From positions 32,001 to 96,000 of the forward strand of contig CAWDDT010000005.1 in the NCBI GenBank assembly GCA_963801165.1: 64,000 nucleotides of DNA, written 5' to 3'. How positions within the stretch are numbered: the first letter of the stretch is position 1; the number at the start of each line of letters is the position of its first letter. Made by a program: the position numbers and the translations under genes. The DNA comes from an uncultured bacterium (GTDB lineage: Bacteria > Actinomycetota > Acidimicrobiia > Spongiisociales > UBA5794). Shown in pieces: positions 1-8,931 of this stretch. The notes under the pieces were generated by a model, which worked only from the letters and a program-made list of their open reading frames with translations, did no database searches and was not told where the DNA came from.

Positions 1-1
1 A

Positions 2-301
2 GGTGCCATCCGCACACTCGACGCAGATCTGGCCATCGTGGCCATCGGCAACGGAGCCAACCCGCTGCTCCTGTCGACGGTTCCGGAGCTCGAACGCACC
101 CGGTGGGGAACGATTGCCGTCGACGAAGCCACCGGTAGGACCAGCATGCCCGGGGTCTTTGCCGGGGGTGACATCGTTACCGGCGGCGCCACGGTCATTC
201 TCGCCATGGGTGCGGGGCGACGCTCCGCAGCCTCCATCGAAGACTGGCTACAGGACCCGACTTGGGAAACGGCGGATCCCGAGGAGATCGCCCCGGCATA
301 G
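2..301 (+). CDS. 3' end of NADPH-dependent glutamate synthase small-subunit / NfnB-like flavoprotein (partial, 5' end outside window)
   Basis: Open frame from position 2 with the C-terminal FAD-binding motif TSMPGVFAGGDIVTGGATVILAMGAGRRSA, typical of the GltD/NfnB family. Confidence 0.8.
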   Translation, partial: GAIRTLDADLAIVAIGNGANPLLLSTVPELERTRWGTIAVDEATGRTSMPGVFAGGDIVTGGATVILAMGAGRRSAASIEDWLQDPTWETADPEEIAPA

Positions 302-347
302 CCAGCGTCGCCGTGGTGCGAATACAATCGACGGAGATGGGTGTGAC

Positions 348-1226
348 ATGACCGGATTGTTTGTAGACATGCTCGGGGCGGGCAGGGTCCTCATTGCCGA
401 CGGCGGCATGGGCACCCTCCTGCTGGAGCGAGGGCTGAAACGAGGCCAGTGCCCGGAGCTGCTCAACGTTGAGCAGGCACAGCTCATTGCCGATATCCAC
501 CGCCAGTACGTCGACGCCGGAGCCGACATCATCCTCACCAACACATTTGGAGGGACCGCACCCCGACTCGAGAATTTCGGGCTGAGTGATCGGGTCCGTG
601 AGCTCAATGCGGCAGGTGCCGCTATCGCCCGCGAAGCGGCAGCCGCGGCGGGCCGACCGGTGGCGGTCGCAGGCAGCATGGGACCGATAGGCGAGATGTT
701 CGCACCCTTCGGCCCGCTCGATCCGAAGCGGGCTATCGAGGCGTTCGGGGAACAGGCCGGAGCGCTGGCGGAAGCCGGGGTTGACGCACTGTGGATCGAG
801 ACAATGTCGTCGCTGGACGAATTGGACGCGGCTTTCACGGCCGCAGCGGGCACCGGTCTACCCACCGTGGCCACGATGAGCTTCGACACACACGGCAGGA
901 CGATGATGGGCGTTGGCCCTTCTCAGCTGGGCGAGTGGGCCGGCCGCCAGACGGAGGCTCCCGCGGCGATCGGGGCAAATTGCGGCGTGGGTCCGAGCGA
1001 CGTGGTGGCCGCGGTCGAGGCGATGGCTGCAACCGGCATTGCCACGGTGGCCAAAGCCAACTGCGGGCTACCCCGGCTCATCGACGGTGTCGTCCGCTAC
1101 CCGCTGCAACCGACGGACATGCCGGAATACACCGCGGCGGCGCTGGCAGCGGGGGCGCGTATCGTCGGGGCATGCTGCGGCTCAACACCCGCCCACGTCG
1201 CCTCCATAAGAGGTGCCGCCGTCTGA
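348..1226 (+). CDS. Stand-alone homocysteine S-methyltransferase (BHMT-like)
   Basis: Motifs ADGGMGT, GADIILTNTFG, ETMS, and Zn ligands GANCG and GACCG; ATG 348 follows GGAGA. Confidence 0.88.
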   Translation: MTGLFVDMLGAGRVLIADGGMGTLLLERGLKRGQCPELLNVEQAQLIADIHRQYVDAGADIILTNTFGGTAPRLENFGLSDRVRELNAAGAAIAREAAAAAGRPVAVAGSMGPIGEMFAPFGPLDPKRAIEAFGEQAGALAEAGVDALWIETMSSLDELDAAFTAAAGTGLPTVATMSFDTHGRTMMGVGPSQLGEWAGRQTEAPAAIGANCGVGPSDVVAAVEAMAATGIATVAKANCGLPRLIDGVVRYPLQPTDMPEYTAAALAAGARIVGACCGSTPAHVASIRGAAV

Positions 1227-1308
1227 TCGACGGTAGATCTCGACAACACCCCTGCGGGGAGTCTTCTGCGACCTTCACGCCTGTCCGGCGGGCCAATATG
1301 ATGTGCGT

Positions 1309-2331
1309 ATGCCGGCGAACGTGACGCCCGATTACAAGGCCGCCGAGGTAGCGTTCCGGAAGGCGCGCGATCCGGAGGAGCGGCTCACGTGTCTGCGCGA
1401 GATGCATCGCACCATCCCAAAACACAAGGGTACCGAGCACATCCGCGCCGATATCAAGACCCGCATCAAGGAGATCACCGACGCACTCGCGGGACCGAAA
1501 AAGGGAGCGACTCGCACCGGGCCTGCCACGGTCGTTCGACCCGACGGTGCCGCTCAGGTGGCACTCCTCGGACCACCGAACAGTGGCAAGTCGGCGCTCC
1601 ACTCGCGTCTGACCGGATCGCATTCGCACTCTGAGCCATACCCGTTCGCCACCCAATACCCGAAGCCGGGAATGATGCCGGTCGACGACATATATCTCCA
1701 GCTCGTCGACCTCCCGTCTCTGGCCCCGGAGCATCCGATTGCGTGGATCGGAAACGCTCTTCAGCCGGCGGACTGCTGCCTGCTCGTCGTCGACCTGGCC
1801 CACCCCGGGACAATCGACCGGATCGGTGCGCTCCACGAGCTGCTCGCCGCGCGGCGGGTCCATCTGGTCGATCGCTGGCCCTGCCACGGCGACACAGCCA
1901 CGGCGATTGCCGATCCCGACCCATTTGCCGTGTATCTGCCCACGGTGCTCGTCGTCAACAAGATCGATCTCGAGCCCGACTTCCACGACGACGTGGAGGT
2001 CTTCGAAGATCTGACCGGATATACGTACCCGTACCTCGGCGTTTCGGCGGCAACCGGTGTGGGTCTAGACGATCTCGGCAAGTGGCTCGTCGACCACCTG
2101 GATGTGGTGCGCGTCTATACCAAGGTTCCGGGCACGGAGGCCGATTTGACCCGGCCTTTCACCGTGCGGCGTGGACAGACAGTCCACGATGTAGCCCGGC
2201 TCGTTCACAAGGACGTCGCCCGCACCCTGAAGTACGCACGGGTTTGGGGCCCGGCGTGCTTCGCCGGCCAGCATGTCGGACCGGAGCACGAGGTCGTCGA
2301 CGGCGACATCCTCGAGCTGCATTCGAGCTAG
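1309..2331 (+). CDS. OBG/DRG-like GTPase with C-terminal TGS domain
   Basis: N-terminal MPANVTP...PKHKGTE, G1 GPPNSGKS, G2 YPFAT, G3 DLPS, G4 NKID, TGS region RVYTK...DGDILELH; TATGAT lies 6 nt before the ATG. Confidence 0.88.
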   Translation: MPANVTPDYKAAEVAFRKARDPEERLTCLREMHRTIPKHKGTEHIRADIKTRIKEITDALAGPKKGATRTGPATVVRPDGAAQVALLGPPNSGKSALHSRLTGSHSHSEPYPFATQYPKPGMMPVDDIYLQLVDLPSLAPEHPIAWIGNALQPADCCLLVVDLAHPGTIDRIGALHELLAARRVHLVDRWPCHGDTATAIADPDPFAVYLPTVLVVNKIDLEPDFHDDVEVFEDLTGYTYPYLGVSAATGVGLDDLGKWLVDHLDVVRVYTKVPGTEADLTRPFTVRRGQTVHDVARLVHKDVARTLKYARVWGPACFAGQHVGPEHEVVDGDILELHSS

Positions 2332-2546
2332 CTCGCCCGGCGGTTCACCGCCGAGATCACTGCGTTCTGGATGTCGGACAGCTTCTCCTCCGGCACCCGG
2401 CTACCGAGTTTGTCGGCGAGGAATGCCCGCTGTTCTTCCTCGCTCATTGCGAGAAACTGACGCTTCTGTTCGTTGAGCTTGGCGACACCGACGCCGATGC
2501 CGACGGCGATGGCGAGAATGATCAGCAGTTTCACAAGCTTGGCCAT
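2328..2546 (-). CDS. Small membrane-anchored hypothetical protein (72 aa)
   Basis: GGAGG RBS; N-terminal hydrophobic helix followed by a helical soluble part. Confidence 0.65.
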   Translation of the reverse strand: MAKLVKLLIILAIAVGIGVGVAKLNEQKRQFLAMSEEEQRAFLADKLGSRVPEEKLSDIQNAVISAVNRRAS

Positions 2547-2643
2547 GAGGCCTCCTTTTTGCTTCCTCCCGCTACGGTACCGCAGCCGGGACTCAACTTC
2601 GCCTGGTTTCCACGGCCACTCAGTCCGCTACCATCGGCGCGCT

Positions 2644-4467
2644 ATGACCCCACCCTCCTTCCGCAATATTGCATTGATCGCGCACGTCGACCACGGCAAA
2701 ACCACCCTGGTCGACGCCATGCTGCGCGCCGCCGGCGTTTTCGGGGCACATCAGGCCGTCGTCGACCGGGTAATGGACTCCAGCGACCAGGAGCGGGAGC
2801 GGGGAATCACGATCCTGGCGAAAGCGGCATCGATCGAGTGGAAGGGGACCCGGATCAACCTCGTGGACACCCCGGGCCACGCCGACTTCGGTGGTGAGGT
2901 GGAACGGGCCTTGATGCTCGTCGACGGTGTGCTCCTTCTCGTCGACGCGGCCGAGGGTCCGATGCCCCAGACCCGGTACGTGCTGACCAAGGCGCTGGCC
3001 AGGGGCTTGCCCGCCGTCGTGGTGATCAACAAGGTAGACCGGCCCGACGCCCGGATCGACGCGGTCGTCGACGAGGTGTACCAGCTGTTTTTCGATCTCG
3101 ATGCCGAGGATCGCCACATCGAGTTCCCCATCATCTCCTGCATCGCCCGCCAGGGCATCGCGGTGAAAGGAATCGGGATGCCCGATCCCGAATCCGACCT
3201 CAGCCCATTGCTGGACACGATCGTCGCCACCATCCCCGAACCGGCGGGTGATTCCGAGGCGCTACTGCAAGCGATCGTCACCAACCTCGACGCGTCGGAC
3301 TACCTGGGTCGGCTCGCCATCGGCCGGGTGATCCAGGGAACCCTGCATCGCGGCGAGCTGGTGACACTGTGCCACTCGCGCCAGGAAGAGCCACCGCTAC
3401 GGCGGAAGCTGACCCAGCTCATGGGCTTCACCGGTCTGGAGCGGACCGACGTCGACGAGAGGACGGCGGGCGATCTCTTCGTGATTGCCGGGTTCCCCGA
3501 GGTAGAGATCGGCGACACGATCGCCGACGCCGACGACCCTCACCCACTGCCGAGAGTGGAGGTCGACGAGCCTGTCCTACGGATGACGTTCGGCGTCAAC
3601 ACGTCGCCGGTAGCCGGTCGGGAAGGCAAGTTTGTGACCTCGCGCCAGATCCGGGACCGTCTCGAACGCGAGGTTCTCGGCAACGTCTCGATACGGATCG
3701 GCCCCACTGCGTCGCCCGAGATCATCGAGGTGGCGGGACGGGGCGAGCTCCAACTGGCCGTACTCATCGAGTCGATGCGGCGCGAAGGCTACGAGGTGCA
3801 GGTAAGCAGACCCGAGGTCATCATCCGCGAGATCGACGGCAAGCCGCACGAGCCTCTGGAGCGGGCGGTAGTCGACGTGCCCGACGAGTACGTGGGCGTG
3901 ATCACCCAGACCGTCGCCCCGCGCAAGGGCAAGGTCACCGACCTCCGCCCCGGTGATACCGGGCGCACCATCGTGACCCTCGAGGCGCCGGCACGTGGTC
4001 TGCTCGGGTTTCGCTCGCTGCTCATGACGTCGACCCGCGGCACCGCGCTTGTGCACCAGCAACATGCCGGGTGGATGCCGTGGGCGGGCGACCTCCCCCA
4101 CCGCGTCGGCGGAGCGATGATCGCCGACCGGAAGGGCAAGAGCACGGGGTTCGCTCTCGACAACCTCCAACAACGCGGTGAGCTGTTCATCGGGCCTGGT
4201 GTCGAAGTCTACGAGGGGATGGTCATCGGCGAGGCATCGCGACCGCAGAACATGGTTGTCAACCCCACCAAGGGCAAGCAGCTGACCAACATCAGAACCC
4301 ACCAGACCGACGAGGCCATCAAGCTGAAACCTCCACGCGAGCTCACCCTGGAGACGGCGATCGAGTGGATCGCCGCCGACGAGCTCGTCGAAGTGACGCC
4401 CGAGTCGATACGGGTAAGAAAGCGGCTACTTGCCGACAGCGACCGGAAGCATGCCAAGCAGCGCTGA
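2644..4467 (+). CDS. typA: Translational GTPase TypA/BipA
   Basis: Motifs RNIALIAHVDHGKTTLVD, ERERGITILAK, DTPGHADFGGEVER, GRGELQL and C-terminal ELVEVTPESIRVRK. Confidence 0.97.
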   Translation: MTPPSFRNIALIAHVDHGKTTLVDAMLRAAGVFGAHQAVVDRVMDSSDQERERGITILAKAASIEWKGTRINLVDTPGHADFGGEVERALMLVDGVLLLVDAAEGPMPQTRYVLTKALARGLPAVVVINKVDRPDARIDAVVDEVYQLFFDLDAEDRHIEFPIISCIARQGIAVKGIGMPDPESDLSPLLDTIVATIPEPAGDSEALLQAIVTNLDASDYLGRLAIGRVIQGTLHRGELVTLCHSRQEEPPLRRKLTQLMGFTGLERTDVDERTAGDLFVIAGFPEVEIGDTIADADDPHPLPRVEVDEPVLRMTFGVNTSPVAGREGKFVTSRQIRDRLEREVLGNVSIRIGPTASPEIIEVAGRGELQLAVLIESMRREGYEVQVSRPEVIIREIDGKPHEPLERAVVDVPDEYVGVITQTVAPRKGKVTDLRPGDTGRTIVTLEAPARGLLGFRSLLMTSTRGTALVHQQHAGWMPWAGDLPHRVGGAMIADRKGKSTGFALDNLQQRGELFIGPGVEVYEGMVIGEASRPQNMVVNPTKGKQLTNIRTHQTDEAIKLKPPRELTLETAIEWIAADELVEVTPESIRVRKRLLADSDRKHAKQR

Positions 4468-4542
4468 AGGCCCGTGGAGCCAGCCTCAGAGTGGGGCGAG
4501 CACCATTGATACACTGCGGCACACTCTTCTCAGGAGCTCTCC

Positions 4543-5502
4543 GTGCCGCACCCCGCTGTTTCTTTCAACGATGTTCAAACCGCCGCCGAACAGATCGAGC
4601 CGTTTGTCCATCGCACCCCGGTAGCCACGTCGGCGACACTGAACAGGCAGACCGGCGCCGAGATCTTCTTCAAATGCGAGAACCTGCAGAAAGTAGGTGC
4701 GTTCAAGGCAAGGGGGGCGGTCAACGCAGTCATGTCGCTCGACGACGCCGGTGCGGGCGTGGTGACGCACTCCTCAGGCAACCACGGAGCGGCGCTGGCG
4801 TACGCTGCGTCCATCCGCGGCATCCCCTGCACCGTCGTCATGCCGGAGGACGCCCCCCGGGTCAAGGTCGACGCAGTCCGAGGCTACGGAGCAACCATCG
4901 AGCTCTGCAAGCAGATGGAGCGGGACAGCACGGCCAGGCGGGTCGTCGAAGAGACCGGAGCGACCATGATCCATCCGTTCAACAACGCGGCCGTCATCGC
5001 CGGCCAGGGCACCGCGGCGCTCGAGCTCATCGAGGATGTCGGCGACCTCGACATGGTGATCGCGCCGATTGGAGGGGGCGGTCTCCTCTCCGGTACCGCC
5101 GTCACAACGAGGGCCCTCCTCCCGACCGCACGGGTCATCGGCGCCGAGCCGTTCGAGGTCGACGATGCCTACCGCTCGCTCGAGACGGGGATCATCCAGC
5201 CCCGGGTCGAGGGCCCGAGCACCATCGCCGACGGTCTGCTCACGGCGCTCGGGGATCTCACTTTTGACACGCTGCGGTGGGCAGGCGTGGAGATCGTGAG
5301 GGTCAATGAGGATGCGATCGTCGAGGCGGCGCTGTTCCATCTGCACCGGATGAAGCTACTGGTCGAGCCGTCGGGAGCCACCGGTCTCGCTGCGGTGCGC
5401 GCCCTGGGCAGCACCATCGCCGGCGAGCGCGTCGGCATCATCATCAGTGGCGGCAACACAGACCTGCGCTGGCTCCCCCAACTCAATCCGATTCCGGCGT
5501 AG
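4543..5502 (+). CDS. PLP-dependent threonine/serine dehydratase (serine racemase-like)
   Basis: Motifs FKCENLQKVGAFKARGA, HSSGNH, PIGGGGLLSG, VEPSGA, IISGGN. Confidence 0.9.
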   Translation: MPHPAVSFNDVQTAAEQIEPFVHRTPVATSATLNRQTGAEIFFKCENLQKVGAFKARGAVNAVMSLDDAGAGVVTHSSGNHGAALAYAASIRGIPCTVVMPEDAPRVKVDAVRGYGATIELCKQMERDSTARRVVEETGATMIHPFNNAAVIAGQGTAALELIEDVGDLDMVIAPIGGGGLLSGTAVTTRALLPTARVIGAEPFEVDDAYRSLETGIIQPRVEGPSTIADGLLTALGDLTFDTLRWAGVEIVRVNEDAIVEAALFHLHRMKLLVEPSGATGLAAVRALGSTIAGERVGIIISGGNTDLRWLPQLNPIPA

Positions 5503-5541
5503 CGCGCCCCGGGACCCCGGCATTGTCTACGCAAGAAGCGC

Positions 5542-6426
5542 TCAGATGGTGCGGAAGTAATGACCCTCGGGGAGAGGGGCACCGACCCGGGTGAGTGCGA
5601 TGCGCCAGGAAGGGGACGACCCGAGGAAGGCGCGGAGCACGCGGATGAGCAGCCGGCCGACGATGATGGCACCCGGTCGCCGCTTGACCCCGATGGTGGT
5701 GCGTAGCGAGTCGGGGATGGTCGCCACGGCGGCCCGGAAGAGTACTCCGTAGCCGAGCCGGATGTTCCACCGCAGCGGGGGACGGCGGAGAAAGGAGACG
5801 GCATTGAGCATCCCTGGTGACGGTCCGATGTCGGGGTGGTTGACCACCCAGCCGGCCAGCTCGGCCGCGGTATCCGGCATCGGGTCTGCGTCGAGAAGAC
5901 GACCGACTTTGGTCTGTTCCGCAACGAACCTGTCTGCATCGGCGGCGCTCAAGCGATCCCTCCCGTACCACTGGTAAGCGACGAGAAACGAGTCGGTCAG
6001 TACGTTGTGTACCCAGGCGGCATCTGCCGGATCGTCTGCGGCGTAGGGGCGGCCCCGGTCCGACTCGCCGCGTACGGGCCGGTGTGCCCGGCGCACGATC
6101 TGTACCGCCTCCTCCACCTCGGGTATCGCCCCGAACGCCGTCGCGGTCACGTACGCCGACGTTCTGGACAGCCGGCCGAGCGGATCCTCCTGGTACCGGG
6201 AGTGATCGGCCACCCCGGCCGCCACCTCCTGGTGGGCCGCCTGCACCAGCAAGGCCCGGATCCCACCAACGAAGGTGGTGACATCGCCGATCACCCGCCA
6301 GGTGACCGAGTCGGGCCCGAATAGCCCCGGATCTCCCCGGTAGTCGAGGGAGTGCTCGAGCGGGTAGGGGGCGTGAGCGAACAGACCGGTAGTCGCCTGG
6401 ACTACGCGTTGCCGCAAACCGCGCAC
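5542..6426 (-). CDS. Oxygenase MpaB / DUF2236 family protein
   Basis: Motifs DPGLFGPDSVTWRV, RALLVQAAH..VAAGVADHS, RLSRT, WVH; start is uncertain (GTG 6426). Confidence 0.8.
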   Translation of the reverse strand: MRGLRQRVVQATTGLFAHAPYPLEHSLDYRGDPGLFGPDSVTWRVIGDVTTFVGGIRALLVQAAHQEVAAGVADHSRYQEDPLGRLSRTSAYVTATAFGAIPEVEEAVQIVRRAHRPVRGESDRGRPYAADDPADAAWVHNVLTDSFLVAYQWYGRDRLSAADADRFVAEQTKVGRLLDADPMPDTAAELAGWVVNHPDIGPSPGMLNAVSFLRRPPLRWNIRLGYGVLFRAAVATIPDSLRTTIGVKRRPGAIIVGRLLIRVLRAFLGSSPSWRIALTRVGAPLPEGHYFRTI

Positions 6427-6442
6427 CGAAGCCGGCTGAGGT

Positions 6443-7423
6443 TCAGGAGAATGCCGGAAAGACCTCACGAGCGAAAAGCTCCAGACCGGATGTGTCGTAC
6501 GCCGCATCCTGGAAATAGACAATCGCATAGGTGAGCCCGGCTGCAACCCACGGCTGCAGCTTGGCCACCAGCTGCTCGGGTGTACCCGCCGTGGCCCGGA
6601 ACATCCGCTCCAATCCTTCGAGTCGGTCCGGTGTGACAAATGGCCGGTAGCGATCGAGGATCGCGCCGACTTTGTCATCGACCTCCGCCTCTGTTGCGGC
6701 GCACACCACGTTGAAGTTGGATGACCGCACGATTGCATCGAAGTCCGAGCCGACGTCGACGCAATGGCCCGCCAGTACCTCGGATTTGTGCACGAACTCG
6801 TCCACGTCGATGCCAAAGTTGGTGTAGGAGGCGTAGCGGGCCGCGACATTGAGGGTGAGCTTCTCGCCCCCGCCTGCGATCCAGAACGGGATGTGCGGTT
6901 GCTGCACCGGCTTGGGACGGCAGATCGCTCCATCGAGCGTGTAGTGCTTGCCTTCGAAGTGGACCTCGTCCTCGGTCCACAGCCGTTTCATGATCTCAAC
7001 GGCCTCACCGAGCTCACCGATTCGGACCGAGGGCTTGGGAAACGGGAAGCCATAGCCGTTGTACTCGTGCTCGTACCAGCCGGCACCGATCCCCATCTCG
7101 ACCCGCCCGCCGGATATGGCGTCGATCGAGACGGCGACCTTGGCAAGGTACGAGGGCGACCGGTATCCGTTGCAGGTACACATCTGGCCGAGACGCACCT
7201 TGTCGGTGGTGGCGGCCAGGGCAGCCATGAGCGTCCAAGCCTCATAGGTGACTTCCTGGGTGGGCACCGGGACGGTGTGGAAGTGGTCGTACACCCACAC
7301 CGACTCATAGCCGGCGGCCTCGATTGTCTTGGCGACCGACAGCATCGTCGGCCATTGCTGCTCGGTCTCGATCCCGACCAGATCGAGACGCCATCCTTGC
7401 GGGACAAATGCTCCGAATCTCAT
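6443..7423 (-). CDS. LLM-class F420-dependent oxidoreductase
   Basis: Motifs MRFGAFVPQGWRLDL, WVYDHFH, GIGAGWYEHE, IAGGGEKLTL; leaderless (TAGTTT 6 nt before the ATG). Confidence 0.9.
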   Translation of the reverse strand: MRFGAFVPQGWRLDLVGIETEQQWPTMLSVAKTIEAAGYESVWVYDHFHTVPVPTQEVTYEAWTLMAALAATTDKVRLGQMCTCNGYRSPSYLAKVAVSIDAISGGRVEMGIGAGWYEHEYNGYGFPFPKPSVRIGELGEAVEIMKRLWTEDEVHFEGKHYTLDGAICRPKPVQQPHIPFWIAGGGEKLTLNVAARYASYTNFGIDVDEFVHKSEVLAGHCVDVGSDFDAIVRSSNFNVVCAATEAEVDDKVGAILDRYRPFVTPDRLEGLERMFRATAGTPEQLVAKLQPWVAAGLTYAIVYFQDAAYDTSGLELFAREVFPAFS

Positions 7424-7490
7424 GAGGGGAAACTACACCAAACACCGGCAACGTTCGCCGATGGCCACACGCCGGGCCGGAAACAACGTC

Positions 7491-7518
7491 TTGACCGCCC
7501 TTTGATCTGAGCTACTCT
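7491..7518 (+). promoter_or_regulatory. SigA-type promoter of the Cys leader/cysteine synthase operon
   Basis: TTGACC (7491-7496), 16-nt spacer, TACTCT (7513-7518); ATG 7527 lies 8 nt downstream. Confidence 0.65.
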
Positions 7519-7526
7519 GAATGCCG

Positions 7527-7595
7527 ATGAAGTACGCACTCGCCGCCGCCGCATGTTGCTGTTGTTGTTGCGACAGCACAATGCCGCGCGGATAG
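7527..7595 (+). CDS. Poly-cysteine leader peptide MKYALAAAACCCCCCDSTMPRG (probably leaderless)
   Basis: Six consecutive Cys codons TGT TGC TGT TGT TGT TGC at 7554-7571, directly upstream of a terminator and a cysteine synthase; an in-frame ATG also exists at 7521. Confidence 0.85.
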   Translation: MKYALAAAACCCCCCDSTMPRG

Positions 7596-7634
7596 GACGA
7601 GATGTAGCCACAACTAGCAGCACAAGACTCAACC

Positions 7635-7670
7635 ACCCGTGACGGCAAGCCGTTACGGGTTTTCTTTTTC
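7635..7670 (+). terminator. Attenuator intrinsic terminator
   Basis: Hairpin ACCCGTGACGGC/GCCGTTACGGGT followed by TTTCTTTTTC, 11 nt before the cysteine synthase ATG. Confidence 0.85.
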
Positions 7671-7681
7671 TGGAGCATGAA

Positions 7682-8668
7682 ATGACAGCCACCATCTCGA
7701 ATACGGAGACATCTCTCGGTACCGACACCGGGGTACGCCGGTTCGACGACATCCGGGATCTGCTCCCGAACGTCGACAACCCCACACCCCTCGTTCGACT
7801 CAACCATGTCGCCCCGAACACGTATCTGAAGCTCGAGTGGCTCAACCCGTTCGGCTCGGTAAAAGACAGGGCCGCGGCCTACCTGCTCGCCGGAATCATC
7901 GAACGGGGCGAGCTGGACGGGCGTGATCTCGTCGAAGCGTCATCCGGAAACACCGCGATCGCTCTGGCCGCTCTCGCCGGGCTCGTCGGAAAACGGCTCA
8001 CTGTCACCATCCCCGATGGCGTCCCCGAAGAGAAGAAGGTGATGTTGCGGATGCTCGGCGCCGAGGTGTGGGAGACACCCGACGATCTGTGCCCTGTCGA
8101 CCACCCCAAGGACGGTGCCATCGCCCTCGCACGCTCGCTGGCCGCGTCGGAGGGCGGGAGGCGCTTCGTGATGGCCAACCAGTACGAGAACGAGGACAAC
8201 GTCAAGGCTCACTACGAGACCACCGGCCCTGAGATATGGCGCCAGACAGATGGCCGCGTCAGGTACTTCGTCGCCGGTCTCGGAACGACGGGAACGATCA
8301 CGGGGACCGGCCGCTATCTCAAGGAGCGGGATCCGTCCATCCAGGTCATTGCCATCGAGCCAAACCCGGGCCATCGCCTCCCCGGGCTCAAGAGCTTCGC
8401 CGAGGCGAAGGAGCCGGGAATCCTCGACTGGAGCGTTATCGACGACGTGGTCCGCGTCGCCGACGAGGACGCCTATGAGATCACCAAACGTCTGCACCGT
8501 GAGGAGGGCCTCATCGTCGGCCCGTCGACCGGCGCCGTCGTCCACGCCATGACCGGGCTTGCCGACACCGACTCCGCCATCGCAGTCGGGATCTCTCCCG
8601 ACTCCGGTTCCAAGTACTCGAGCTACTTCGCCGGCATCCTCGGCGACGAGGGCCTCCCCCGAATCTGA
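7682..8668 (+). CDS. PLP-dependent cysteine synthase family protein (CysK/CysM-like)
   Basis: Motifs LKLEWLNPFGSVKDR, EASSGNT, NQYEN, HYETTGPEI, GLGTTGT, GPSTGA; extra DDLCP segment. Confidence 0.9.
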   Translation: MTATISNTETSLGTDTGVRRFDDIRDLLPNVDNPTPLVRLNHVAPNTYLKLEWLNPFGSVKDRAAAYLLAGIIERGELDGRDLVEASSGNTAIALAALAGLVGKRLTVTIPDGVPEEKKVMLRMLGAEVWETPDDLCPVDHPKDGAIALARSLAASEGGRRFVMANQYENEDNVKAHYETTGPEIWRQTDGRVRYFVAGLGTTGTITGTGRYLKERDPSIQVIAIEPNPGHRLPGLKSFAEAKEPGILDWSVIDDVVRVADEDAYEITKRLHREEGLIVGPSTGAVVHAMTGLADTDSAIAVGISPDSGSKYSSYFAGILGDEGLPRI

Positions 8669-8679
8669 TAGGAAGAACC

Positions 8680-8931
8680 ATGGATATTGAACAGCTCGAA
8701 GCAACCGACACTCTCGACACCAGCGGGCTCTTGTGCCCCCTCCCGGTTTACAAGGCCGGAATCGCGCTCGGCAAGCTCGAGCCCGGCCAGATTCTCCGCT
8801 TGATTTGCACCGACCCCGGCTCTCTTGCCGACATCCCCGCCATGGCGCGCCAGCGGGGCGACACGCTGCTGGCCAGCGACAGCACGGAAGGTTCGCAGGT
8901 GTTCTGGATCGAGAAAGGGTCACAGACATGA
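8680..8931 (+). CDS. tusA: Sulfur carrier TusA family protein
   Basis: LDTSGLLCPLPV (CPxP motif) and TDPGSLADIP; 83 aa. Confidence 0.88.
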   Translation: MDIEQLEATDTLDTSGLLCPLPVYKAGIALGKLEPGQILRLICTDPGSLADIPAMARQRGDTLLASDSTEGSQVFWIEKGSQT

